Assembly: GCF_006345805.1 (NCBI RefSeq)
Contig: NC_043003.1
Coordinates: 105,958,001-106,022,000 of the forward strand
Reading direction: 5' to 3'
DNA: 64,000 bases
Source of the DNA: Octopus sinensis
Lineage: Eukaryota
Shown here: piece after piece, positions 28,028 to 41,314 of the stretch
How the letters are laid out: the number at the start of each line of letters is the position of its first letter
Numbering within the stretch: position 1 is the first letter of the stretch
Translations under genes and position numbers: made by a program
The notes under the pieces: generated by a model
Database searches by the model: none
What the model saw: only the letters and a program-made list of their open reading frames with translations
What the model was told of the DNA's origin: nothing

Positions 28028-29718
28028 TAATAATAATAATAATAATGCGATGCAAATTAGGCTTTCAATGGAGGGCTCTTTGCTTGGGACCCACTGAACA
28101 AATCCATTGTCGGGTTCAGAGTGAATGTGCCTAATACCGGAGAATAAGCTTTCTCTGCAATCTTTACTCTGCAATTAGTTCAGTTATCAGTTTGAGTAGT
28201 ATTAAAGTAAATATTAATCTGAAAATATTATGGTTTTCAAGAATGTTCAATGAAAATTCTATATCTAAATGTTAAATATCTGTATTTAAAAACTAAACAT
28301 ATATCTCTATATGTCTATCATATTATCTCCAATGCATTTATAGTAAGACAAACACATTTGTTATTATTGACAGCACGGGCATACTATCATGTCGTTGTGC
28401 ATTTACATCTTTCGTGTCACTCAAAAGAAGAATATTTCAACAGTGTTAGTGTAATCTATCTTGGTTACTATATCTTCAATGCTATCTTAAAACAAATCGT
28501 AAGTCGCAATAGACACATCAGTGATAAATTTCTTCTGTTAGGAGGTTTTCGCCTGGCTGTTCCTATAATAGTAAGCGCTTCTAATCCTGCTATCACTGAA
28601 AATTGTATTAAATTATCTCAGCTTTGTCCCTTGTATAATTTCTGATTTGACAGATGATAAAAGATCGAAAGGCAAGAATATTTTAACATATGGCAAATTG
28701 ACCGAGAAAGCGGTGTACAGATACATGTATATGAACTGACAGAAGGTCTAATAAAGATATTTATTGAACACATGTATATTATCAGAGGGAAATTTTGGGA
28801 CTTAATAGACGTCTCAAGAGAAGAATCGAATGAGTCTATATATTCGAAGAGAACCTTGACTCCCCAAAATATAAATGCTTTGAAATTGAACACTGCTAAT
28901 CTTGCTTTAGTATCAAGAAATATCACATCATGTAGATGTATTGATAACACTGATGCCAGAGATAAAGAAATAACAGCGGATTATCCAGTTAGGTTTTTAA
29001 AAAAATGACCCTGTCCGGAATTCCACGACTATACCTTGGAGCTAAATATGGGTGTGAATATCATGAAATAACGTCGTCTTGATCTGAGAAAATGACCTCT
29101 TAAGAGAATAAGAATTTTGATAAAAGGTCTTTATGACAATTATTGAATGATTGCTCGAAACAGCAAGCGGTATTCCTACCAAGGTCATCTTTAACACTTT
29201 AGCTATTTCTTCTCTTTACTTTAAATTGTCGACAATTTCTTATCAACAAAGTCAGTTATTCTCTTATAATCGGGTATACCCATCTACTCTAATCTTTCTC
29301 ACTGGTAACTCTACGTAGCACAGAAGAAACTAAGACAAAAAGAAAGAAATATGAAACTGTACACAGAAAATAAGTATAACTAGGGAAATCAGTTTAAGAA
29401 CAGGATTTCTGTTCTAACGTAGTAATGAAAGAATCCTAAAATGAAATAATACAAGCAAAGCCTTCTGTTCATTATTGATGCATAATCATTTCTTTGTCAT
29501 AAGTTAAATTTTCAGGTCACCCCATCCCCACACACAACATATGTGTTGTATGTGTGTATACCGGTATATAGATGTGTGTGTAATATATATATATATATAT
29601 ATATGCGTGAGTATTGATATATATGTAGGTATGTGTGTTGCGTGAGTCTAATATATATATATATATATATGCGTGAGTATTGATATATAGTAGGTATGTG
29701 TGTGTGCGTGGGATATAA

Positions 29719-29759
<41 letters not shown>

Positions 29760-29762
<3 letters not shown>

Positions 29763-31765
29763 CGGGAAGCTTTATGAAAATAAACAAAAGACGAAGGCAG
29801 GTGGAAAACAAACGAACAATTGTATTAGTATGGCGCTCAGGAAATATAAATAAAACAAGTCTTTAACGTTTCGAGCCTACGCTTTCAACAGAAAGATACA
29901 CAGAGAGAGAAAAACACAGAAGAAGGAGAGAAAAAAAATGCGTGCAGTAGCTAACGAATCAACATGGCGATCTGATTTCGGCCAGAGGTCAAAGATCAAC
30001 ATGAGACGCGAGAGCGAAATAAGGGGAGATAATAGGGTTGATAAAAGGGTTGAGGGACCAGCTAAAAGTGCGTGGGAGGGGTCTGGATGTGTGTATGTAT
30101 AGGGTTGGTGTATTATTAGTATGTATAAGGGTGTGTGTTGTGTGTGTGTATGAGAGAGTATTAGTGCGTAAGATTGGTCTGGACGTGCGTATGTATGGGG
30201 TTGGTGTATGTATTAGTATGTATTAGTATGTATTAGTACGTATTGGTATGTATAGGTGTGTGTGTGTGTGTGAGAGAGTATAAGTGCGTATGCGGGGTCT
30301 GGACGTGTGTATGTATAGGGTTGGTGTAAGTATTAGTATGTACTAGTATGTATTAGTACGTATTAGTATGTATTAGTTGGTGTGTGTATTAGTATGGCAC
30401 ATCATATGTGATGTGATGTGTAAAGTCATGTGGTGTAGTGAGGAGAAGAGGGGGAGAAGGGGAGAAGGGGAGGGGAAGAAGAGGGGGAGGAGAAGGGGAA
30501 GAGGAGAGGATGGGGGAGAAGGAAGGGGAGAGAGGGAGCAGAGGGAAGGGGAAGAGGGAGGGAGAAAGAGGGAAGAAGGGAAGGGGAGTGGGGGTGAAAG
30601 ATGAAGGACTGAAGAAGTAGGGGTCGGGGGGAGAAAGGATAGGTGAGGAGGGGGGAGAGAGGGGGTTAGATGAGGGGGGAGAGTTGAGACCAATGGCGTA
30701 TAAGAGCGAAGAGAGAAGATTAATTTGTTCACGGCGCAAACGGGAATCCGGATGGCCTCTGTGTAAGGACAACCGAACACAGATAGGTGTTGCAAGGAGT
30801 GACCGGTGGAGCGGAAATGGCGTGAGACCGGTGTGTCGTTCGCAAGGTGGATGTCACGAAGGTGTTCCGCGAACCGGTCAGCCAAGCGGCGTCCGTTTGT
30901 CGATGTACAAGAATTGCAGAGAGAGCAAGAGATGCAATAGATAATATTGCTGGAAGTGCAGGTGAAGGAGTGGATGATGGGATAGGGTCGATGGTAGGTG
31001 CTAGTGAGGCGGGTGGTGTTGGAGAGGTAAGGGCAAGTGCGGCAACGTGGGCGGGAGCAGGGGAACGAGCCGGGTTGGGAGGTAGGGTCAGGGAAGGAGC
31101 TATGGACCAAAAGGTCTCGAAGGTTGTGGGCTCGTTTGAAAGAGGGGAGGGGTCGGTTAGGGAAGAGGTGTGAAGTGGACGGGTCGGACTGGAGATGACG
31201 GAAAGCTCGAAGAATGGTGCGTTGGAGACGTAGGGTCGTGGGGTGGTAAGTGAGGGGAAAAGGGAGGCGGGAGACTACAGGGCGGGTTCGGGGAGAGAGA
31301 GCAGATACACGGTCCACGGACCGTGCTCTGGCAAGGGCGGTGTGGATAGTGGTGAGGGGGTTCCACGTAGGGTGAAGTGGTGAGCCATACGTTGAGACTG
31401 AGTCTCAAAGTCATGGTCGTCACTACAGAGCCTACGTAGACGGAGGATTGGAATAGGGGATGGAACTTGGTGTGTTCTGGGTGGGAGGAAGAGAAGTTGA
31501 GGTATGAGTGTGAGTCTGTGTGTTTGCAGTGAATGGAGGTGGTAAGAGTGGAGTGAAGAATGCTAACCGAAATGTCGAGGAAGAGACAGAGGTGTTGGAG
31601 ATAGTGGAAGTGAAGTGGAGGGCTGGATGGAAAGATTGGACGAAAGAGAGGAAGAATCTAGATGTTCGCGGGAGAGTGAGTTGGCACCGATAATGTCGTC
31701 AATATAACGGCCATATAGTTCAGGAGTGGGACCAGTGAAATTAGAGAATATTTGGGCCTCAACAT
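29760..31765 (-). mobile_element. Penelope-like retroelement (RT YIDD motif, thumb, GIY-YIG endonuclease, 3' pLTR), truncated by gap
   Basis: LYGRYIDDIIG; PCSRPRCRTCPY...FTCTSSNIIYCISCSLC...RRLADRFAEHLRDI...PVSRHF; frameshifts; 3' end with hammerhead-like motif at 29860-29896 abutting (TA)n. Confidence 0.9.
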
Positions 31766-31865
31766 NNNNNNNNNNNNNNNNNNNNNNNNNNNNNNNNNNN
31801 NNNNNNNNNNNNNNNNNNNNNNNNNNNNNNNNNNNNNNNNNNNNNNNNNNNNNNNNNNNNNNNNN
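31766..31865. other. Assembly gap (100 N)
   Basis: Run of N. Confidence 1.
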
Positions 31866-34281
31866 GCGTGCGCGCGACACAACACAAACACACCAAAACA
31901 CACACACACACACACACAACACACACACACACACACACACAACTATATACGACGGGTTTCTTTCCGTCCACCAAATCCACTCATATAGCTTTGGTCGGAT
32001 CGAGGCGATAGTAGATCTTTTCCCAAGGTGACCTTTGCCAAGTAGTGAGATTGAACACGGAACCATGTGGTTAGGAAGCAAATTTCTTTGTAGGCCTGCA
32101 CCTACTGCCTTTTCCCGAAGTGACACCCATGCATAGCTATGCAGATTAGGATTATCTATCGACACCGCGTGTAACTGTTTTGTAACAGTATATGACTCAT
32201 GTATTATCCAACTGGTGGGTCCGACGGTTTTCGGCTTGTAAGGTCTTTGCTATGTTATGAAAATGTAATAATTGGGATGACATGACCAACAAACAACTAA
32301 AACTGCAAGGTTTGTTATAAATTCTCTCTGTTATAAACCCTTTCTCCTGCTGATCGTACATCCCCAGTTGGTCTTTATCTGTAGGAGCAGATAATACGTC
32401 TTCCAACAACTGTTAACCTTTACAAAGCCCCACTGAGACACGCAATGGGGTAGTGTTGGCACATCTGGCATGAGGATGCTGGGATTCCAACCACGCTTCA
32501 ACCACAGATATCTTTGCCAGCGTAATAAAGGAAACCTAACTGACTGGCATGGAATTCCCGGCACCAATACCTACTAACTTCTGGTCAACAGATCTGTCTT
32601 CGATCTTTGTCTTTTTCCCCTGCCACCAGTGAATTCTGCCATCTCCATTTGGAAATTCTTTATTCGTGTCTCCTCCCGCTACTCATATTGTGTCCCCAAC
32701 ACAGTCTTTGTACTAAACGCTTCTTGAAATCCCTTCTCAGATCCTTAACCCTCTGAAATGTCGTCGCTTATATTCGAGCAACTGTTCAAAAGAAACTGAC
32801 TGCTCGATCTCACCTGGACTTGAAAGGTTTACTAATGCCTGGCAACATCGTTTTCCTTCAGTCCAAACCATTAAATAATAAGGGTGCTAGTGATATATCA
32901 GTTTGCCCCAAATTGAGATGAATAGCAGGTGAGTTGCACTCGGTGGTTTTCTTTAAAAATTAATCAACTTTGAACTAGACAGGTTCAACGTATTGCTTTT
33001 GCTTTTTTCAGCAAAACATTTACAACGATGTTAAACATTCATTATTTATAAATCATTGAAGTGAATGTAGGTGACGTCGGTGAACGCCAGCAGAAATCAA
33101 TGCAAGGAGTAGGCTTGGTACTGTGGCAGTAAACTCACAATAGGCTGAATATGGACTGCAGTCTCCGTACCTGGTTGAATCATTTTACTTATTTCTCCTG
33201 CTTGCACTTAGAGAGGAGTGGTCTCTTCTGGGTTGCTTTCGTCACACAACAAAACGTAATGTGACTCTTAATTGAAACAAATGAATAATTATGTTACTGA
33301 GTAATTATATAAGATGTTCATAAATTACTTTTAGAAAGGATAACTCACCAGGTTATGTGTAACCAATGCAGCCCCACGAGGAAGCATTCTGATGTTTTTA
33401 ATTGTAAAGCTAATTTATGGACACATATTTCGCACTGCAGACGTTTATAATTTTCAACGCAGCCCTTGGACCCCGAGTTCTCCTTTTGTGGACCCCAGGA
33501 TTCCTCAGACTCCAAGTGCTGTAGATCATTATAGAAGTTCATATCAAGGGAATACAGCAACACGATTTCAATCTCCCATTGTATCTAATCCTTTTTACTC
33601 TGGTTTTCAATTCCATTTGGAAAAATATGAACGTAACATCTTTCATTTCACTCAGTGTAAAATACGAGATCTTCAAGCTTCTCCGCGGCCACCCAACAAT
33701 TTCATCCCTACTATTTCCTACTGTCATAAGTAAGGGAAGAACACAGATAATTTAGTCTTACATGTGCCTAGAAAGATGAAATAGTCAAGGCTGGGATGCC
33801 TTTGATACGATTTTGGTGACATTTGATCTAAAGTACAGGCATAAAGAGTTATAATGAAATATCACAAGGCCTTTTGATTACGTTGTTGAATGTGTTCTGT
33901 CCTTATATAATGCTGCAGGATATCATCTGGAGGATATTTGGTAGCTATTTATTTCTGGCTTAGCAAGTGGAGCGGCTGTGCAGAACATTGATTTCCACCC
34001 TTTTCACTACTAAGAATCCCTCTTATTTAAATTAACTTTCCAACAGACCTCAGGATTTTGAAAGTCTGTCAACTCAGTAACCCGATTTTGACAATTAACA
34101 ACAAACTTGTTTTTGGAGTAAAGATTGTTTCCTAACATAACATGGCAGTCCTGGTTTATGACGAATGTTGCTGTAATTTAGCCACAGGGGACATCGTCTC
34201 CAGCTGCCTATACGACACAGTCTGTGTCCTTATATTTTCGCACAAGGGAATCTAGCACCCCCACTCAGCTCAAAACAATAT

Positions 34282-34324
34282 CTGTGTATCGCAATTTCCG
34301 GGTCATTTCCCTTCATCAGCACAG
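34282..34324 (-). ncRNA. Minimal type-I hammerhead ribozyme motif, canonical core
   Basis: CTGTG-CTGATGA-A-GGG-aaatga-CCC-G-GAAA-TTGCGA-TA-CACAG. Confidence 0.75.
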
Positions 34325-35353
34325 GATAATTGTTCAGCTAGAGGTGACGCTTCCAAATTCCCGTTCGAAATATATAGTTTTCAAAGTGACAACTAGTCAC
34401 TGATCTATAAATTAGAAAACTAGTATTTTTAAATCTCACAACGAGAGATATTCAACAACAGTACTTCGGAGGGGCTAAATTACAGCAACATTCGCCCTAA
34501 ACCAGGACTGCCATCTTACGTTGGCAAACAATCTTTACTCAAAAGAACTGTTGCTGAATATCTCTCGTTGTGCGATTTAAAAATAGTAATTTTCTAAACT
34601 TGTTTTTCCTAGTTTCATCTCTTAATTGAAACAAATGAATAATTATGTTACTGAGTAATTATATAAGATGTTCATAAATTACTTTTAGAAAGGATAACAC
34701 ACCAGGTTACGTGTAACGAATGCAGCCCATGAGAAAGTGTTCTGATGTTTTTAATTGTAAAGCTAATTTATGGACACATATTTTGCACTGCAAACGTTTA
34801 AAATTTTCAGCGCAGCTCATGAACCCCGAGTTCTCCTTTTGTGGACACCAGGATTCATCAGACTCCAAGATGGTAACCGCAAGTGTAGAGGCTTCTTTGT
34901 GGGCTGGTTGGGGCATTACTCTCAGCATTGGGTTCCTACCTGGCAGTAGGACGTTCGCTGGTTAACAACTTCTACCTTCGCAAGGAAAGGAGTTGTGTTG
35001 AGCAGTTTATCAAGATATCAAGTTATTCGCATTACAGAGAATGATCCAACTGCTTACAAAAGCGGAAGACTTCACTGAAGAAATAGGCGAGCCAGATGAT
35101 AATCTTAAACAGAGAAACATATTAAGCCCACCCCAGTAACAATATTATTGATTTTTAATATGGACACGAGACCATAAATTTTGTGAGAAGGAACAGCTGA
35201 TTATACGGGCCTTAGAACGTAGCTGGTATATAGTTTATGTAGACTTATAGCATGAAAATTGAAAAAAAATTGGCCTGGCGAGATTTGAACTTGGAATGTA
35301 AAAGGAGGGTTTTATAATTTCATCTGTTCTGAAATTAGATTTGTTCTACTCAC

Positions 35354-35499
35354 CGTTTCAAGATATTCGTACGTATCTGGTACTTGCAGTAAACAAGACG
35401 TTACACCGGCTGGCATCTTAAATTCGATCGCACCCATTCCAGATGCGCTACTACTTGCAATGACGGATATTTTGTACTTCATGCCAGCCTGCAACACAT
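35354..35499 (-). CDS. REJ/PKD-domain gene, exon 8 of 8 identified
   Basis: Acceptor cctcttgcag|, donor |gtgagt; NVLQAGMKYKISVIASSSASGMGAIEFKMPAGVTSCLLQVPDTYEYLET; joins exon 7 as IIIKPNVLQAGMKY, a typical REJ strand. Confidence 0.8.
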
Positions 35500-36714
35500 C
35501 TGCAAGAGGAATAGTCATTGTTATTGTGTGTGACTGTGCGCATGCGCATGCTAACAAATATACCACATTAATTAGCGGTTTGTTGGGACACAATATTTTT
35601 TTTTGTTTTATCCACGGAATGCAAGGCAAGAACTGGAGATCATTTAGTGTCTCTAAAATTTCTTGAAATATATCAACGCCAACTTTAGTATGTGTTATTC
35701 ATGCAGCAAGCGTCCCTACGTATGCTCCCCATGTCCTTCTTGTAAGTTACCATGCCATTCAGTGTACATGTACTAAAACTTTTATCGTCTTTCATCATTC
35801 TTAGATCTGGCAATTCAGGATAGACTATATTTAGCTAATGAGGTTTAGTAATAACGAAATATTCTCAAAGTTATTCCCGTATAACCGTAGATCGTCCTCA
35901 CTCTCCATAACACTCTATTCAATTACTTAACTAATTAAAATTCTAGGTTGTCCCTCAAACAAGAATTAATAAACTATTACGATAACGACACTTCACTCAT
36001 CACTACGGTTTTTTGATAATCACATAATTTAGCTTAACGCTTACTTTATCTGTTTCTTTATTACCCACAAGGGGCTAAACAGAGAGGGGACGAACAAGGA
36101 CAGACAAACGGATTAAGTCGATTATGTCGACCCCAGTGCGTAACTGGTACTTATTTAATCGACCCCGAAAGGATGAAAGGCAAAGTCGACCTCGGCGGAA
36201 TTTGAACTCAAAACGTAACGGCAGACGAAATACGGCTACGCATATCGCCCGGCGTGCTAACGTTTCTGCCAGCTCGCCGGCTCAAGGAACCGACAACTCG
36301 GGCAGTCTCTCGGGCGCCTTCTGCTAGGTGGGCGCCTAGGAGGGCGTAACAAAGACAAGGAAATATCCACGACCGTCAGCTTGTACATGCCGAAATTCAG
36401 CTTGCCCGGGGTGCCAGCAACAGTAGGGCCGGCCCTGGTGTCTAGGCTGCAAGTGGATAATGTATGGCTGAATAATGTTAGGAAGGAACAAAGGGTAAGT
36501 GTCACCTGTGTTAGAGTAGGCGTTGTTGGATATGGCAGCAAGTTATTGTTGTTCGGAAAGAAGAAACTGGGGATGAAAGGTCGAACCCTTGGGGCTTGCG
36601 AGAGTTGATGGATTGAGGGAAAGAAAGAGCTCACTCGACACACGCAGTAACCGTCCGATCTGAGTGGAAGCTTTTGATACTAAATGAAGAGAAACCATTG
36701 GCAGGAAGTGCCAA

Positions 36715-39700
36715 AAGAGGATTCACATGTTAGGTAGGGTTGGAAGAGGATTCACATGTTAGGTAGGGTTAGAAGAGGATTCACATGTTAGGTAGGTTGG
36801 AAGAGGATTCACATGTTAGGTAGGGCAAGAAGAGGATTCACATGTTAGGTAGGGTTGGAAGAGGTTTCACATGTTAGGTAGGGTTGGAAGAGGTTTCACA
36901 TGTTAGGTAGGGTTAGAAGAGGATTCACATGTTAGGTAGGTTGGTAGAGGATTCACATGTTAGGTAGGGTTAGAAGTGGATTCACATGTTAGGTAGGGTT
37001 GGAAGAGGATTCACATGTTAGGTAGGGTTGGAAGAGGTTTCACATGTTAGGTAGGGTTAGAAGAGGATTCACATGTTAGGTAGTTTGGAAGAGGATTCAC
37101 ATGTTAGGGAGGGTTAGAAGAGGATTCACATGTTAGGTAGGTTGGAAGAGGATTCACATGTTAGGTAGGGTTGGAAGAGGATTCACATGTTAGGTAGGGT
37201 TGGAAGAGGATTCACATGTTAGGTAGATTGGAAGAGGATTCACATGTTAGGTAGGGTTAGAAGAGGATTCACATGTTAGGTAGGGTTGGAAGAGGATTGA
37301 CATGTTAGGTAGGGTTGGAAGAGGTTTCACATGTTAGGTAGGGTTAGAAGAGGATTCACATGTTAGGTAGTTTGGAAGACGATTCACATGTTAGGTAGGG
37401 TTGGAAGTGGATTCACATGTTAGGTAGGTTTGGAAGAGGATTCACATGTTAGGTAGTGTTGGAAGAGGTTTCACATGTTAGGTAGGGTTGGAAGAGGATT
37501 CACATTTAGGTAGGGTTGGAAGAGGATTCACATGTTAGGTAGTGTTGGAAGAGGTTCACATGTTAGGTAGGGTTGGAAGAGGATTCACATGTTAGGTAGT
37601 GTTGGAAGAGGTTTCACATGTTAGGTAGGGTTGGAAGAGGTTTCACATGTTAGGTAGGTTGGAAGAGGATTCACATGTTAGGTAGGTTGGAAGTGGATTC
37701 ACATGTTAGGTAGGGTTAGAAAGGATTCACATGTTAGGTAGGGTTGGAAGAGATTCACATGTGAGGTAGGGTTGGAAGTGGATTCACATGTAGGTAGGGT
37801 TGGAAGAGGATTCACATGTTAGGTAGAGTTGGAAGAGGTTTCACATGTTAGGTAGGGTTGGAAGAGGTTTCACATGTTAGGTAGGGTTGGAAGAGGATTC
37901 ACATGTTAGGTAGGGTTGGAAGAGGATTCACATGTTAGGTAGGGTTGGAAGTGGATTCACATGTTAGGTAGGGTTGGAAGAGGATTCACATGTTAGGTAG
38001 TGTTGGAAGAGGTTTCACATGTTAGGTAGGGTTGGAAGAGGTTTCACATGTTAGGTAGGGTTGGAAGAGGATTCACATGTTAGGTAGGGTTAGAAGAGGA
38101 TTCACATGTTAGGTAGGTTGGAAGAGGTTTCACATGTTAGGTAGGGTTGGAAGAGGTTTCACATGTTAGGTAGGGTTGGAAGAGGATTCACAAGTTAGGT
38201 AGGGTTGGAAGTGGATTCACATGTTAGGTAGGGTTGGAAGAGGATTCACATGTTAGGTAGGGTTGGAAGAGGTTTCACATGTTAGGTAGGGTTGGAAGAG
38301 GTTTCACATGTTAGGTAGGTTGGAAGAGGATTCACATGTTAGGTAGGGTTGGAAGAGGATTACATGTTAGGTAGGGTTGGAAGAGGATTCACATGTTAGG
38401 TAGGGTGGAAGAGGATTCACATGTTAGGTAGGGTTGGAAGAGGATTTACATGTTAGGTAGGGTTGGAAGAGGATTCACATGTTAGGTAGGGTTGGAAGAG
38501 GATTCACATGTGAGGTAGGGTTGGAAGAGGATTCACATGTTAGGTAGGGTTAGAAGAGGATTCACATGTTAGGTAGTTTGGAAGAGGATTCACATGTTAG
38601 GTAGGGTTGGAAGAGGTTTCACATGTTAGGTAGGTTTGGAAGAGGATTCACATGTTAGGTAGTGTTGGAAGAGGATTCACATGTTAGGTAGGGTTGGAAG
38701 AGGATTCACATGTTAGGTAGGGTTAGAAGAGGATTCACATGTTAGGTAGGGTTAGAAGAGGATTCACATGTTAGGTAGTTTGGAAGAGGATTCACATGTT
38801 AGGTAGGGTTGGAAGAGGTTTCACATGTTAGGTAGGGTTGGAAGAGGATTCACATGTTAGGTAGGGTTGGAAGAGGATTCACATGTTAGGTAGGGTTGGA
38901 AGAGGATTCACATGTTAGGTAGGGTTGGAAGAGGTTTCACATGTTAGGTAGGGTTAGAAGAGGATTCACATGTTAGGTAGTTTGGAAGACGATTCACATG
39001 TTAGGTAGGGTTGGAAGTGGATTCACATGTTAGGTAGGGTTGGAAGAGGATTCACATGTTAGGTAGTGTTGGAAGAGGTTTCACATGTTAGGTAGGGTTG
39101 GAAGAGGATTCACATGTTAGGTAGGGTTGGAAGAGGATTCACATGTTAGGTAGTGTTGGAAGAGGTTTCACATGTTAGGTAGGGTTGGAAGAGGATTCAC
39201 ATGTTAGGTAGTGTTGGAAGAGGTTTCACATGTTAGGTAGGGTTGGAAGAGGTTTCACATGTTAGGTAGGGTTGGAAGAGGATTCACATGTTAGGTAGGG
39301 TTGGAAGTGGATTCACATGTTAGGTAGGGTTAGAAGAGGATTCACATGTTAGGTAGGGTTGGAAGAGGATTCACATGTGAGGTAGGGTTGGAAGTGGATT
39401 CACATGTTAGGTAGGGTTGGAAGAGGATTCACATGTTAGGTAGTGTTGGAAGAGGATTCACATGTTAGGTAGGGTTGGAAGAGGTTTCACATGTTAGGTA
39501 GGGTTGGAAGAGGATTCACATGTTAGGTAGGGTTGGAAGAGGATTCACATGTTAGGTAGGGTTGGAAGTGGATTCACATGTTAGGTAGGGTTGGAAGAGG
39601 ATTCACATGTTAGGTAGTGTTGGAAGAGGTTTCACATGTTAGGTAGGGTTGGAAGAGGTTTCACATGTTAGGTAGGGTTGGAAGAGGATTCACATGTTAG

Positions 39701-40811
39701 GTAGGGTTAGAAGAGGATTCACATGTTAGGTAGGTTGGAAGAGGTTTCACATGTTAGGTAGGGTTGGAAGAGGTTTCACATGTTAGGTAGGGTTGGAAGA
39801 GGATTCACATGTTAGGTAGGGTTGGAAGTGGATTCACATGTTAGGTAGGGTTGGAAGAGGATTCACATGTTAGGTAGGGTTGGAAGAGGTTTCACATGTT
39901 AGGTAGGGTTGGAAGAGGTTTCACATGTTAGGTAGGTTGGAAGAGGATTCACATGTTAGGTAGGGTTGGAAGAGGATTTACATGTTAGGTAGGGTTGGAA
40001 GAGGATTCACATGTTAGGTAGGGTTGGAAGAGGATTCACATGTTAGGTAGGGTTGGAAGAGGATTTACATGTTAGGTAGGGTTGGAAGAGGATTCACATG
40101 TTAGGTAGGGTTGGAAGAGGATTCACATGTGAGGTAGGGTTGGAAGAGGATTCACATGTTAGGTAGGGTTAGAAGAGGATTCACATGTTAGGTAGTTTGG
40201 AAGAGGATTCACATGTTAGGTAGGGTTGGAAGAGGTTTCACATGTTAGGTAGGGTTGGAAGAGGATTCACATGTTAGGTAGTGTTGGAAGAGGATTCACA
40301 TGTTAGGTAGGGTTGGAAGAGGATTCACATGTTAGGTAGGGTTAGAAGAGGATTCACATGTTAGGTAGGGTTAGAAGAGGATTCACATGTTAGGTAGTTT
40401 GGAAGAGGATTCACATGTTAGGTAGGGTTGGAAGAGGTTTCACATGTTAGGTAGGGTTGGAAGAGGATTCACATGTTAGGTAGGGTTGGAAGAGGATTCA
40501 CATGTTAGGTAGGGTTGGAAGAGGATTCACATGTTAGGTAGGGTTGGAAGAGGATTCACATGTTAGGTAGGGTTGGAAGAGGATTCACATGTTAGGTAGG
40601 GTTGGAATAGGATTCACATGTTAGGTAGGCTTAGAAGAGGATTCACATGTTAGGTAGGGTTAGAAGAGGATTCACATGTTATGTAGGGTTGGAAGAGGAT
40701 TCACATGTTAGGTAGGGTTGGAAGAGGTTTCACATGTTAGGTAGGGTTGGAAGAGGATTCACATGTTAGGTAGGGTTAGAAGAGGATTCACATGTTAGGT
40801 AGGGTTGGAAG
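36715..40811. repeat. 29-bp satellite array, ~140 copies, intronic
   Basis: Unit GAAGAGGATTCACATGTTAGGTAGGGTTG; variant pattern repeats at ~1.6 kb. Confidence 0.97.
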
Positions 40812-41209
40812 CTTCGCGAATGTTGGTTCGACAACGTTGCTTTCACTAAATTCCTTTCAGCCAAAAGTCCACTAGTGGGTGACGCAGGTATTTGGACTAC
40901 TATTGGATCTGGCTGTATAGAAACTGTGGGAATGGTCATTAAGGAAAGAAGAGAAAGAAAGAGAGAGGGGCGGGGGAAATTTAAACTGTTTCGTGTCGTC
41001 TTTTTTAATGGCTGTCTGCATTAATTTCGAGATATTAAAAGGGAGATTGCTGACTGGATCAGAGGGGCTGCTTTGTGAATAATGGAGGAGAGAGAGGGAG
41101 ATGAGAAGAAGAGGAGGAAAGATATGGAGTAGGGAAGATGATGATGATGATGATGATGAGGAGGAGGAGGAGGAAAAGGAATAGGAGGAAGAAACAGAAA
41201 ACAACTCAC

Positions 41210-41314
41210 TTGGTTTGATAATAATGTAACTGAAGAAATAATTCGGATTCACTTCAGTTTTGGGACTTTTCTCATCCTGATTGTCAGGATTATTTATGTC
41301 GAAATAACCATAAT
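41210..41314 (-). CDS. REJ/PKD-domain gene, exon 7 of 8 identified
   Basis: Acceptor attttgcag|, donor |gtgagt; DYGYFDINNPDNQDEKSPKTEVNPNYFFSYIIIKP; phase 1/1. Confidence 0.8.

Noticed and set aside
36715-40811. CRISPR array or interstitial telomere
   Set aside because: No spacers; the unit is a 29-mer, not (TTAGGG)n or (TTAGG)n
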